A stretch of 54,447 bases of DNA, the filler included, from Thelocarpon superellum (lineage: Eukaryota), in NCBI GenBank assembly GCA_026025795.1. It is 2 parts of 2 records of this genome, joined end to end, with 100 filler letters (N's around TTAATTAATTAA, not from the genome) between each part and the next. Parts side by side here need not be neighbours in the genome. Positions count along the whole stretch, not along the records: positions 1 to 27,206 come from JAPEUG010000249.1; 1 more part is not named here. One strand, written 5' to 3'. The notes below the pieces were generated by a model. It did no database searches. It worked only from the letters and a program-made list of their open reading frames with translations, and was not told the DNA's origin. The translations under genes were made by a program, and so were the position numbers. The number at the start of each line of letters is the position of its first letter. The first letter of the stretch is position 1. Positions 1 through 11,869 of the stretch are shown one piece after another.

Positions 1-551
1 CTCTCTCTCTCTCTCTCGCGTAAACATGTGCCTGAAGCTATAAGTTGTCCACCCTGCACCTGGACGTGACCGTCCACTTTCTGGCCCTCGGTGCTAGCCG
101 TACAATTTGTGTCCCTGCGACGGTGTGAGAACCCGTGCCCAGCACACCTCCACGTCCGCGCACTACAGCACCACCATCACGAGCACCTCCATCACTCTTC
201 CGCTCTGTTGCCGCCCGTGCACATCGCCGATGGTTGCATGAGCTGTGAGCCGTGAGCCGCGAGCCGCGAGCTGTTGTGTCAGTGTCGCTAGATTGCGGGT
301 GTCGTCGTCGTTAGACCCCCCACCATAACCGTGCGGGACAACGGTGAACAGCCCGGCGCGCACGACAGTCCGGTAACTCGAGCCGAGTCGCGGCCGCGAC
401 CACGACCACCGCTGCCGCTAGGATGTACTCGTACACCAACAATTTCATCTCGCCGACGCGCGGTGAGCGACCGACGGTGCATCCCCCACCCACCACCTCG
501 CATGTCAACCGGCAAGCCTACCAGCCTTTATCCAGCGCGCATCCCTCCAAG

Positions 552-941
552 ATGGCCAACGCGCCCGACCGCTTCGAGCTGTTCCTGCTGGGCGACGACG
601 AGAAGAAAGTGGTCGAGGTGCCGGAGACGCGCATCCCCGACACCTCCATCTTCTGGTTCAACAAGGAAGACCACACGCTCGGGAATATGATCCGCGCCCG
701 TCTGCTCAAGTCGCCGCACGTGCGCTTTTCGGGGTACAAGGTGCCGCATCCGCTCGAGGCGCGCTTCATGCTGCGTTGTCAGACCGATGGCGAGATCACC
801 CCGCGAGAGGCCGTCATTCAGGCTTGCAAGGACCTCATGGTGGACTTGGCGACGCTGAGCGCCGAGTTTACGAAGGAGTGGGAACTGAAGAAGATGGTGG
901 GAGGGGATCCGGGTGCGGGTGCGGGCACAACTGGCCTGTGA
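552..941 (+). CDS. RPB11: DNA-directed RNA polymerase II subunit RPB11 (intronless; in-frame upstream ATG at 423 could add 43 aa)
   Basis: MANAPDRFELFLL...NKEDHTLGNMIR...FSGYKVPHPLE...QTDG: the RPB11/RpoL signature. Confidence 0.95.
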   Translation: MANAPDRFELFLLGDDEKKVVEVPETRIPDTSIFWFNKEDHTLGNMIRARLLKSPHVRFSGYKVPHPLEARFMLRCQTDGEITPREAVIQACKDLMVDLATLSAEFTKEWELKKMVGGDPGAGAGTTGL

Positions 942-1540
942 GATGCCGACACCACCAACACCACCACCAGACCGACGACACCGACGACAAGCACCGCCAC
1001 GCGAGGCGGAAAGGGAAATGGTCCGCGTGACGAGACGCGAGCTGGACGACTGGGATCGGCGGGAGCGACGGTGGTTGGATAGGTTGAGCTGGATCAGCAT
1101 TCGGACTCGGATTCGGGCTTGGGACGGAAAACGGTCAACTGCATCATCACATACGGCGCACGGCGACGGAGCGACGGAGCCATCGGGCACAGGGAGTATG
1201 AAGGTATGGCGGCATAGCAGGCAAGGGAGCATAAGGCGGGACTTGTATTTTCTTCTTCATCAGCCCTGTGCTTCTTTTTTCGTCTTCATCTCTCCTCGCC
1301 ACCTCTTCTCTTTGCGGTCTTGGTCTCGAGAATCATCACGTCGGGCCACATACGATATACTGGAGGAACACGTCACAGGTTACAGCTCTCGCTTGCTCGC
1401 ACGCACGAGAGAGGACGAAACAAGACAAGACGGGGCGAGAAGAGACGGGACGAGGTTTTATTTCTTGTCTGTTTCTCACTTCCACACAATTCCACACTAA
1501 AACTTCCTCGGTAGTCCCCCAACTAGTAAATATGTACACT

Positions 1541-1572
1541 GATTTCCTTCTTCTTCTTCTTCTTCTTCCTCT
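1541..1572. repeat. (TTC)n microsatellite
   Basis: Run of cttcttcttctt... between the convergent 3' ends of RPB11 and PAN1. Confidence 0.7.
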
Positions 1573-1994
1573 ACTTTTGCAAGCGATAGTGGTAGTAGTA
1601 ATAACCGTCTAGGTACAGAAAGTAAGGGATTTACCACCACTTCTACTGTTTCCGCCCTCATGCAAGTCTCTACCTCTAGGAAAGAAAGAAAGACTTGGGC
1701 GTTTGGGTAGCATCTCAGCAAGACCGAGTAAGCAACGACGGGACGATGGGATGATAGGATACCGAAAAAGACAAAGGTCAAGGATAAGGATAAGGAGGGT
1801 AGGGATTGCGGCGTAGGTAGGTAGTGTACACGAATCCATCATGACTCTCGAGCTCCTCCGCTTCCCTTTCTCCTCCTCTTCCTCACTTCTTTCCTCTTTC
1901 CTCTTTCAGTTCCAGCTTAGAATTCTAGTTCCCCGTTCCTCCTGGGCACCACTGCAATGATCTCGTTCTCGATACTGGTACAGTCTGTCGTCGT

Positions 1995-4900
1995 TCAATC
2001 CAACACCCGTCCAGCCACAGAACTCACACTCCGGTCTTTCGTCTGTACCTTCTTCAGCGCCTTGCCTGACGAGATCTCCCCCAGCAAAGCACCACGTCCT
2101 AGTCCTGGTAGACCGCCGGCCGCGGGAGGTGGTGGAGGTGGCGCGGGAGGTGGGCCGCCGAAGCCACCGCCAGATGGCATGCCCGGTGGCGGTGGTGGTG
2201 GAGGAGGAGGAGGAGGCGCAGGGGGAGGCGCGCCGGATGTTGGAAGGGGTGGAGGCGGGGGCGGTGCCGGAGGAGGCGCACCGGCGTCGGGAAGCGGTGG
2301 TGCTGGGGGCGGCGCTGGGGGAGGCGCACTGACGGTCGGGAGTGGTGGGGCCGGTGGGGCCGGTGGCGGCGACGTCGGCCCGTTTCCAATCACCGCGGGG
2401 CTGCTCGGTCCCGAGGCTCTCTTGTTGTCCGATGCAGAGAGCGGACGCGGCGGTCCCATGGTCCCGAAGAGGATCGACGCCAGATGCGTGGCGTTGTTCC
2501 GCCCTGCCGACGGCCTGTCCTCATCGTCGTCTGACGAGTCGTTGTCAGAGTCGACCACGGACCAGTCATCATCCTCAGGCCGTGCTCGCGAGGGACGATG
2601 GCCCGGCGTTGGCATCACGTGGTGTTCCGCTGGGCTCACCGCCTTGCTACTTGTCTCCTGCGTGAGACGGTGGAAGGGATTCGTCGACACCTCCTGTGAG
2701 GCCGGCGCGGGCGGAGTCGCGACGGAGGCAGGGGCTGCGCTGACTTCGCCGGACTGGGCCAGCTTCTTGAGGAAGGGATTCTTCGTCTCCGTATCCAGGG
2801 CTGCGGGTGCTCCTGACACCGGTGGCGGCGGGGGGCTCGTGACCGGGGAGCTCGTGCTCGCGGACGGAAGACTAGGCGGCGCCGGTGCGGGAGGTGGACT
2901 TGGCGGTGCCGGAGGTGCCACGGACGACGCCAGCGATGGGATGCTGGATGGTACGCTCCGATCATGCGACAGCTCTTGACTGGTGGTCGGCGTGTTCTCC
3001 TGGGGCGTGATCTGATCTGGCCCATCATCGTCCGACGATTCCTCGTCGCCCATGTGCTCGAGCTGCAGCTGCAGCTGTCGTTCTCGCTCACGCGCCGCCT
3101 CCAACTCCGCCCGTTGCGCCGCCAGTCTCGCCTCCTTCTCCTTGGCCTCTCTCTGGGCCGCCTGCTTTCGTCGCTTCTCCTCTTCCTTCTTCACTTTGCC
3201 CTGTTGCACTTGTTCCTCCAACGCTCGCAACCGAGCTTGCGCACCCTCACGTTCGCGGGCCAATTCCTCCTGCTGCCGTCGCTCCTCGTCCCTGTCATGA
3301 GATCAGCACGGTGGCGATGTGACCATCAAACGAGGAGAGCACTCACTCCATTGCACGTCGCTGCGCTTCTTGCGCCTCTTGCTGTGCCCGTAATTCTTGT
3401 TCGCGCGCTTCGTGCTCAGCGCGCTTGGCCTCTTCCGCCTTCTGTCGCGCGTCGTCTCTTTCGCCGGCATCGCTCTTTGCGGCCTTGCGCGATGGCGGGG
3501 GCGGGGGCTTCTTGGCCGTTGTCTTGGCCGCCGTGGGGGGCTGAATCTGCTCGTCCGCCAGCCGGCGCTGCCGTTCCTGTTCGCGTTTGGCATCTTCTTC
3601 TTCGGCCTGTCGTCGACGGTCTTCCCGCTCCTTCTTCTCTCGTTCTTGTCGCTGCTGGATCGTCTCACCCGCTTTCGTGGGGGCCTTCAGACCCAACGCG
3701 GCAAGCCGTTCATTCATGCGTTGCTCGGCCTGCTGCTTGATGAAGGCAGCTCGCTCCTCGGCCGTCTGGAAGGAGGAATACGAGGACCCAGCCGAGGGCG
3801 TCGCCGCGGGTCGAGCCGGAGGCTCTCTGACCACCGCACTCTCCACGCGGGGACTGGCAGTCTCGCGGCCTCGATCCAGGTGCCGCGACGAGTCGGACCG
3901 ATCGATCCTGCACCATCACCAGCGTTAGCATTGATCGTTCAGGGCGGGGTCGGAAGGCCTACTCCTCGCGCCGGACGCGCGTGCTGCGGCTGCTGCGCTG
4001 CAGATCAAAGATGAACTCCTTGACCTCGTCTTCCACCCCCAGGCCATCCTCCCACCGTCGTCGCTCGTGCTCGCTCGTCGCGTCCTCCCCTCCCTCGCGT
4101 AAGCCATCTTCCAGACTCTTGCCGAAATCACGCACGCTGTCCTCGACGTCACGCGTCATCCGCTCGTTGTTCTCCTTCTCCGAGCGCACGCGCGCATTTT
4201 CGTCTTCTAGTCGCTTCGGCGCGGCCAGGGCGTCGTCGTCCGTGGTGGGCATGGCCTTGCCGGTCAAGGCGGCCGATCGTTGCTGCATCATCGCCTTGGC
4301 ACGAGCCTTGAGCCGGTCCGACTCCGTCACGGCGCCGCCCGGCCCGGTGCCCACGACGGCGGCGGCACTACCCGGGTGAGCTTTGGCATCGCGAAGGCGG
4401 AAGAGCTCCATCTTGGCGTCGGCGATGCTTCGCTCCGTCTGACGCACGCGCGACGCGATCTCTGGAAGCTTGTCCGTGAGGGTCTGCAGCTGTCGCCGGA
4501 GGGCGCGACGCTCGGCGCCCGAATCGACGGCGCGAAGGGCGGCGTGGGGGTTGCTATCGATGTCTTCCTGCGTGCGTCGGATTCGCCGGTACAGGTCCTC
4601 GGCGTCGCGCCGGTCCTTCCGATCGAGCGCTGCGTCTTCCTCGTCTTGATTCTCGTCCTTGAAATCCATGGCGTCCAGCAGAATCTGCTTCTCCCGAAGC
4701 TTCTTGCGCAGCTGCTCGACCGACAGGTCGTCGGCCGATCGCTCCGACGATGGCGATGATGGCTGTGCTGGCGAAGGGGATCGACGGGGGTCGTTGCCGG
4801 CGCCAAGTCGACGGCGGGCGCTGGAGCGATAGCCCACATCGTCGTCGTTGTTCTTGTACACCGTGGCGTCCTTGCGCGAGCCAAAGGCATCGGCGCCGCC

Positions 4901-6783
4901 CCGGAAGGAGTGATTCTTCAGGTAGCTGACCCCAGTCTTCTGCGGTAGCAAGGCCGCGCCCGAGTTCTTCCGGCTCTCGGCGTCCTGCGAGAGCAGCGAC
5001 TTGACCGTGCCAATGGAGTCGGTGAAGTTCCTCGTGGACGGCGGCACCAGCTCGGGCGGCAGTCGGTTGGGAAGATCGTAGTTGTTGAGCTTCCGGTAGA
5101 TGAGATGCATCGCCACGGCAAACTCGTCCAGATCTAGTCGGCCCTTGTTACCGTGGTCGGCCAGCGTCCAGACGCGCTCGAGGTCGGACTTGGGCAGGCC
5201 ACTCTGACCGAAGATCTCGATGGCCACGTCGCCGCCAATGTGGCCCTTGGCGAAGCCATCCCACGCGCGGAAGAGCTGGTCGTACGTCTTCTTCTCGTCC
5301 TTGGTTACGGCCCAGGGGATAGTTGCATTGCCGGCCAACCCGGCCGTGGTGAAGCCACCTTCACGTCCGGCTTGGGGCATCATGCGTTGCTGCAGGGCCT
5401 CGATATTGGGCAGGCCGGTCGCGGGGGTGTTGACCAGCCCCCACTGCCCCGGACGCCCCGTTGGCTGCGCGTTCAATGGCATCGACGTCGGACCGGGTGG
5501 TGTCAGGCTGGATCCCACCCCCGTGGGCATGGGCGGCATGGGCGGGCGCGGGCCCGTGTAACCCTGCACGGCAGGACTGGGGTTTTGGAAACCCGTCGGC
5601 TGCGGCTGGAAGCCGGTTGGCTGTGGCTGGAAGGACGGAGGTTGTTGCGCAAACCCGGCAAGCTGTGGATAGCCCGTCAGTTGTGGTTGAAAGCCGGTGG
5701 GTTGTGGTTGGAAGCCGGTCTGCTGCGCCGCGATCTGTGACAGGAGTTGACTATTTGAGGGTTGCTGTGGCTTCGGCTGTTGCGGCGCCGGTGGGGTGAG
5801 GCTATTCTGATGCAAGGGAATGTCAAAACTTGGCGCATTGGATCGCGGAGCCGGAGCGGGGGCGGCATCGGGCACGCCAAAGGAGATGATGTCCACCATG
5901 CTCGAAACCTCGTTGGCGATGCGCTCGGGCAAGGCCTGTGGCAGGGGTTTGTTGACCAGCTGGAGGTTGCAGAGATACATGGCGACAGCGAACTCGGGGA
6001 ACAGGAGCTGCCCGGACTTGGTCGTGTCAGAGAGGGTCCATATCTGCGACAGCACATCGCCTGGTAGCTTCGAGCGGAGGAGGAGATCACGGCATTTGTC
6101 CCCTGCATCATGTCAGCGATGGCGGGTCCGGGGTGAGGTCACCGTGGCTCACCTGATAGAGCCTGGTTCTCTCCCACGGCGGATTTGAACAGTTGCTCAA
6201 ATTTGGCCTGGTCCTGCACCGTGATGAAGGAGAGTCGGATGTTGGGGATCTTGGCGCCGGACTGGATCGGGCGAGAAGTTTGACGCGGGGCCGAGGGTGT
6301 CGAATGGAAGGACTGGGCGATCTGCGACGACGTCTGTCCGGTGCTCTGCGGTAGCTGCTGCTGCTGCTGCTGTGCTTGGGCTGGCTGTGGCTGTGGCTGC
6401 GGCTGCGGCGGTTGAGGGGACGGCTGTCCCGTCGCAAAGCCAGATTGTAGTCCTGGCTGGCCCTGGAATGACTGCTGGGGCACGGCGGGAGGCGGGAGAC
6501 CGGTGTAGTGCTGCGGTAGCTGGGGCTGCTGGGGAGCTTGAAAGCCAGGTTGCGGCAGCTGCCCAGGGTAGCCGGTGGGCTGTTGCGATAACGCTGGAGA
6601 TCCTCCATATCCGGTAGGCTGTGGCGCGAATCCGTTCATTTGCGGCGGCGGCGGTTGTTGCTGCTGGAGGGGTGCTTGCTGCTGCGCTTGAGGGACGCCA
6701 TACTGCGAGGAATAACCGTATTGCGGTGGACCAGGCCGGCCGCTGTTGGCCCCTCCGAGATAGGAGTTGGAACTGGAAAACAT
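1995..6783 (-). CDS. PAN1: Actin cytoskeleton-regulatory complex protein Pan1 (EH domains, coiled coil, Pro-rich region, WH2); introns about 6103-6152, 3908-3962, 3292-3346
   Basis: N-terminus [15 protein letters not shown] repeats; [22 protein letters not shown]; two EH domains ([32 protein letters not shown]); C-terminal [23 protein letters not shown]2 motif. GT-AG introns with branch sites link the four ORFs. Confidence 0.95.
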
Positions 6784-7934
6784 GCTGGCGACGTCGAGCG
6801 CGTCGATGGGATCAGGAGGAAGGGGAGGACGGACGGTCGATCCAGGACGTGGACGAGGGGCCGATGAGCACCCAACCCTGCCTACTTGCGGACTCCGTGA
6901 TTTGGCCGATGGAAAGGTAGCGATCCAAGGAAATGGGATGTCGGCCGCTGAGTATTAGACCTGCACGAGTACCGGGACTACTAGTCGTAGCAGTTCCTGA
7001 CCAAAACCCGGAATCCCGACCATACGGCATCGAGCGAGGCAACGTACGACGGCCAGCTGCACTACTGACATGGGGGAAACATGGGGGTGCTGACGACGAT
7101 CGCCGGTCGGCGCTCGGGTAAGGGCGATTTAATTGGTGGCTGAACTGGTCCTCCGTGTGAGAGTCTTGGCAACTCTCGCCCTCGTACTGGTGCCCGGCTT
7201 CGCTACGACGAACCCGCCGTGCCAGACGCCATTCCATACAACCCGGGATATCGGTTTGGTGGTACGTGCACCAGCCGGAGGTCAACTCATGAACCAGCCA
7301 CTGGACATCGAGACGATTTCTTCGCAGATCCAACGGTAATCCAACCTGCCAGGGCTGTGAGATTTTTTAAAGTGCCTCTGCCAAGTTAGTCGTAACATGA
7401 ACGTCGCCGGGCTAGGGACTGCAGAGCTCTTGGAAAGGCGCTTCTTTCATGAAATCCACGACGTAGATTTCAACAGTCGCTCTTAAGTCCCCAGAGCGCC
7501 AGGAGCGCCCGTTGCTTGGACGGGTGTCAGTGGATCCACTCACTCTACGCCGTCCAGCTAGTCTCATGGCGTGTCCCAGAAACAGCAAAAACAAAACATA
7601 CAACAGCGGGGATTCGCTGGTCGTCACCGACCCAACTACTAGTCCGCCGATCTGTGGCTTATGTATGGCAGAGCGGACGGGATGCCCAGTTCTCCACAGT
7701 CTATGGTCGTATGTATGGGCTGACGATGATAAATTTAATATAATCTACCTTCCGTCTTCAAACCCCAAGCTAGAGACTTCCAAAGGGCGAGACTAACCTT
7801 TGGCGAGAAATGGCCCAGGTGTTGGATATATCTTCATCGCTTCTAATGTATGCTCGTACTGGTATCATAGAAACAGAAACGCTTCATATTGGACGCTACC
7901 ATCCCGAACCCCAGCGCCACTTTCCGAGCCTTGC

Positions 7935-10900
7935 CTATGATAGGTCACCCCAGAACCCCAGGGCCTCGATCACGAGGTTCCCAACCGTACTGAGCGTCCA
8001 GAGGACGATCAAGCCCCAGCCCACCTTGCGATCCATCCGCCATCCATTCCACGGCACCACGATCAACAACCCAACCAGCGTCACGAGTAAGGTGGCGCCA
8101 GATACCAAGAGCGTGCTGCTGACATCGATCTGATAGGGCCGATATCGGAGACGCTTGTGCGGGTGCCGGTCATGTCGATGGGTGCCGTCGCGGATCATCA
8201 GATACATCCCGCTGATGCCCACCCCCAAGAGGATGTTCAGCATGGGCCCGCCAAAGCAGGCGGACAGTGCCATCACGGGAAAGCCGAGGCGTGCCACCGT
8301 GATGTCCGCCACGAGATCGCCCAGCGAGTTGCCGACCGCGAAGACGGTGAGGCCCAAGATCGCGTCCGAGATGCCTAGGATGACTCCCACGGCCTTGAGC
8401 ACGCCCACCACCTCATTGGCGATGGTGGAGATCCACGCCACACTGACCACGAAGCCCACGAAGCAGAGGAGAATACGCCACCGTGGTAGCCGCTCCGGGG
8501 TGGTCGTGAGCACCAGCAGCACCAGCAGGATGCACGACACAAGCAGGGCGTACAGGGCAGGCAGCAGAAGCGCACGACCATCCGACACATCCGTCGTGGT
8601 GTTGGCCCACGCCACTGCGACGATGAGACACGGCGCGGTGAAGGCCTGAACGAAGACCAGCCAGCGATTCCATTCCCGCGACACCGATGATCTCGGCGAC
8701 TCCGGTAGCCCGGCGGTGTTTGCGAGCGACCGTGCATTGTCTGCCGTCGCGCGACGTTTGGTACGGGGCGAGCAGGGCGGAACTAAATCGGAATCCGTTC
8801 GTACTGGCGCCGGCATCGGGCTCTCTAGTGGTAGAGGCGGTCGTGACGCCACAAGCACTGGCCGTCCGTCGATAGGAGCGTCGTCCTCATCCTCGTCGAC
8901 ACCTACTTCCACTACCGGCAGCGTGATCGTCAAGAGGAACACGCTGGGCGCTGCCACCAGGCCCAAGAACCTTTCCCACACGTTCTTCTCGTCCCAGGCA
9001 TCCAATGTGGGGAAGAGGGTCGACATCAACACGCGCGGACGTGGCAACAGCCAGTCCGGCCACCAACTGGGGCCTCCGTCATCATCGTCTTTTGCTTCGG
9101 ATGGGTGGTACCAGGTGTCAGGGCCAAGGGCGGGCGACGGCAGCCGTTCTGGGCTAGCGCTGCCCGACCACGGCGCGGGCGACTCCGTAAAGGCAGGAAA
9201 GGGAAAGGCCGCAGAACGCTTGTCTTCGGGCGAGGGCGACGTGGGCAGCACGATCCGCGGCAAATGCTGTGGTGTCATTCGGGGCGAGACGATGGAAACC
9301 CGGGCCTTTGGCGCCAGGCGCGTCCGATCCGTGGCTGGTTCCCAAGGCCGTCCGGCGCCGTGGACGACAGAGTGGCTGTGAGGAGGGGGGGCCAGGCGCT
9401 CGGGGGACGAGGTGCGCGAGATGTCCGGCACGAGGCTTGAACGACGTGAGTGGAGGGATGGCACGGGCGAAAGCGAGAGCCTCGGCGAAGTCGTCCGCGA
9501 ACTGCCGCTCCCACGCCGGGAGATGTGGTCTTCGGTGGGCGACCGGCTGAAGGGTTCCAGGAGCGCTGTGGATGACTGATAGAGCTCCGGGTCTAGATGG
9601 GCGCTCGTCGCGTCATTGGCCGATACCGCCCGGGCGCGGTAGCTCGTCATGGATGAATCCATGTCAACCCCGAGCTGGGAGCCTTCATGCGATCTCCCAG
9701 GATCGGTGTCGGCCACCGAGGCCGCGTCGGGGTCGGGCGTGTAGGAAAGATCATGCGCCGGAACGCGAGCGAGCGAGGGATCTTCAGAGTGGCGCCGGTG
9801 GAAGGCGGGCCTGGTCGGAAGGCGGCGCGAGAGGTGGGAATTCTGCCGGGATGACAACCCGGCACGGAATTCTAGGGCACCCACCAGACTGGGCCGGATA
9901 GGATTTCCCGTACTCCGCCGATCCCCGCCCGGCCGACGGCTGACGCGCATGACATGGCTAACGTGGGCGAGCCAGCGCGCTTGCGCCTCCTCTTCATCCT
10001 CCTCCTCTTCTTCGTCGTCTTCGTCTTCTTGCTCCATATCCGTGCCGGCACTTGGTCCGCTTGCATCGATCGTCCCCAACCCGCCACTGGAGCGGTGCGG
10101 CAGTAAGCTCGCATGCTCATCTGCAAAGGGCGTTTCGACGTCGTCAACTCCATGGAGGCCGAAGCCAGGCGCAACGCGGCCGGTCGAGGCGCGGGAGAGC
10201 CCTCGACGGGCGGCCTCTCGGCCGCGAAGGCGATGGCGACGACGGCCAAGCCACCAGTGCCAGACCACGACCACCATGACGTAAAAGACGTAGAAGGCTA
10301 CCATGGCTACACACTCCCACAAGTAGAGATGTCCGTCGACGAGAAAGGCCATGGTAAAGGAGGCAGCGACAATGAAAAAGGTCACGTCACGCACAAAGCT
10401 CTTGCGCGCGACGCCGAAGGGTCGCGTCACAGCCATGGCGCCGGCCACGACGGCGGTGATGAAGCCGGCAGCACCAATCAGCTCGCCCACGGCCAGGCTA
10501 CCGCTGTGGGTGTTCATGGCGGCAAACGTGGAGAAGACGTCGGGGCTGCCGTTCCCAAGGGCCAAGAGGGTCACCCCGGCCATGCTCTCGCTCATGCCAA
10601 AGGAGCTCGCGATGCTGCTCAGATTGACACAGAAGAAGTCACTAGCCGCGATGCCGATGGTGGCGAACAAGAGGCCGAGCCAAAGCACGATGATGATGAA
10701 GGCCAGCGCCGGGACCTGGGGCAGCCGGCAGTAGTAGAGCTCGAGATAGGAGAGCAGGCCTGCCTCTTCGTCCGCACAGTTGGCGCGGATGAAAGCGCAT
10801 TGGTCGGCAGCAAGATACACCCGTTTGCACTGCGGTCGCCGCCATGTCAGCGTCAGGTCCTTCCCTTGGATCTTGGTCTGGCGCACCCCTTCGTCTCTCC

Positions 10901-11111
10901 GCACGAGAGGAGCAGCATACGGATCGGATACGAGCCATTGCGGCGTTGGCGCACGCTGGTCGGTGACGCCGTGAGGACGGGAGTGTCCCAGAAATGAACA
11001 TGCGGCGAGGATGGTGATGGCGACGAGCGTGAGATAGAATGGCCGGGCAGAGTACTTGTCCCTCCTCCGCGCTGGAGGTGGCGACAACAACAGTAAAGGC
11101 GAGGAATGCAT
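7935..11111 (-). CDS. Ca2+/cation (Na/Ca) exchanger family protein, CCX/Ecm27-like; one in-frame 57-nt intron at 10830-10886
   Basis: Alpha-1 repeat GVTLLALGNGSPDVFSTF and alpha-2 repeat GLTVFAVGNSLGDLVAD, plus ACFGGPMLNILLG; two TM clusters separated by a long loop. Confidence 0.9.
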   Translation of the reverse strand: MHSSPLLLLSPPPARRRDKYSARPFYLTLVAITILAACSFLGHSRPHGVTDQRAPTPQWLVSDPYAAPLVRRDEGVRQTKIQGKDLTLTWRRPQCKRVYLAADQCAFIRANCADEEAGLLSYLELYYCRLPQVPALAFIIIVLWLGLLFATIGIAASDFFCVNLSSIASSFGMSESMAGVTLLALGNGSPDVFSTFAAMNTHSGSLAVGELIGAAGFITAVVAGAMAVTRPFGVARKSFVRDVTFFIVAASFTMAFLVDGHLYLWECVAMVAFYVFYVMVVVVWHWWLGRRRHRLRGREAARRGLSRASTGRVAPGFGLHGVDDVETPFADEHASLLPHRSSGGLGTIDASGPSAGTDMEQEDEDDEEEEEDEEEAQARWLAHVSHVMRVSRRPGGDRRSTGNPIRPSLVGALEFRAGLSSRQNSHLSRRLPTRPAFHRRHSEDPSLARVPAHDLSYTPDPDAASVADTDPGRSHEGSQLGVDMDSSMTSYRARAVSANDATSAHLDPELYQSSTALLEPFSRSPTEDHISRRGSGSSRTTSPRLSLSPVPSLHSRRSSLVPDISRTSSPERLAPPPHSHSVVHGAGRPWEPATDRTRLAPKARVSIVSPRMTPQHLPRIVLPTSPSPEDKRSAAFPFPAFTESPAPWSGSASPERLPSPALGPDTWYHPSEAKDDDDGGPSWWPDWLLPRPRVLMSTLFPTLDAWDEKNVWERFLGLVAAPSVFLLTITLPVVEVGVDEDEDDAPIDGRPVLVASRPPLPLESPMPAPVRTDSDLVPPCSPRTKRRATADNARSLANTAGLPESPRSSVSREWNRWLVFVQAFTAPCLIVAVAWANTTTDVSDGRALLLPALYALLVSCILLVLLVLTTTPERLPRWRILLCFVGFVVSVAWISTIANEVVGVLKAVGVILGISDAILGLTVFAVGNSLGDLVADITVARLGFPVMALSACFGGPMLNILLGVGISGMYLMIRDGTHRHDRHPHKRLRYRPYQIDVSSTLLVSGATLLVTLVGLLIVVPWNGWRMDRKVGWGLIVLWTLSTVGNLVIEALGFWGDLS

Positions 11112-11869
11112 GCTGACTTCATGGTCTCAATTGCCAGGGACGTTGCGTGGCCGGCCCCTCTTCCATGAGCGATACAGACACGCTCAAAGAGCTACGGGCG
11201 ACGGTGATGGAAAGGGCGACATGGACGATGCAATCACATCTTCCTCGCGTCGGATCTTGGATAGACGAGCGCCAAGGCGCTGACGTCGTCGGTAGTGGCC
11301 CGCCACCTGCCCCACGTCCTCCCGTACTGATGAGCACAAGGATGAGCACATCTGCCACGCACATTGGCTTTTTCCACGGAGTGCCCCATCTCCCCCAGAT
11401 GCATGCGAGAACAATATGACTGGGGGTATGTCTTGATGGATTATTTCTACAGGTGATTAGGACGATATACGAAGATAGTGGGAGCTCGTCTAAAGATGGC
11501 ATCATGACCTTGAGCGATCCAGTACCCCGTACCCTCGTTCCTTGGGGGCGATCCTTGAGACGTCCGACGATAAAGTTAGCGTGAACAATACCGGTGTAAG
11601 CGTCACCCAACTTCCGGTGGGAAAGGCCGAGGGCATTATTTCGCGAATCCAGCACGTGACTCGGATTGGACTCAATGTTTACCTCCTCGCGTAAACAAGG
11701 CCGCAGTGGCAGAGAGCCAGGACCAAGACCCGCACATGAATGCACGGCATTGGGCACTGTTCCCTCCAAAACGCCCGCTCGTGCTCTGACCCAGCGGCCC
11801 TTGGTGCAGCAGCAGAGCCACGCTTTGATCTACTGATGATCGTGAACAAGCAGCCTCCAACCATCCAGC

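Noticed and set aside
423..941. Intronless RPB11 as a retrocopy
   Set aside because: ORF intact with all motifs, and no poly-A tail or target-site duplication visible.
1957..5800. Long plus-strand ORFs antisense to PAN1 (likewise opposite RSC9, YRB30, ham-8-like and SUP35)
   Set aside because: Shadow ORFs expected from GC-rich codon usage; no recognisable motifs.
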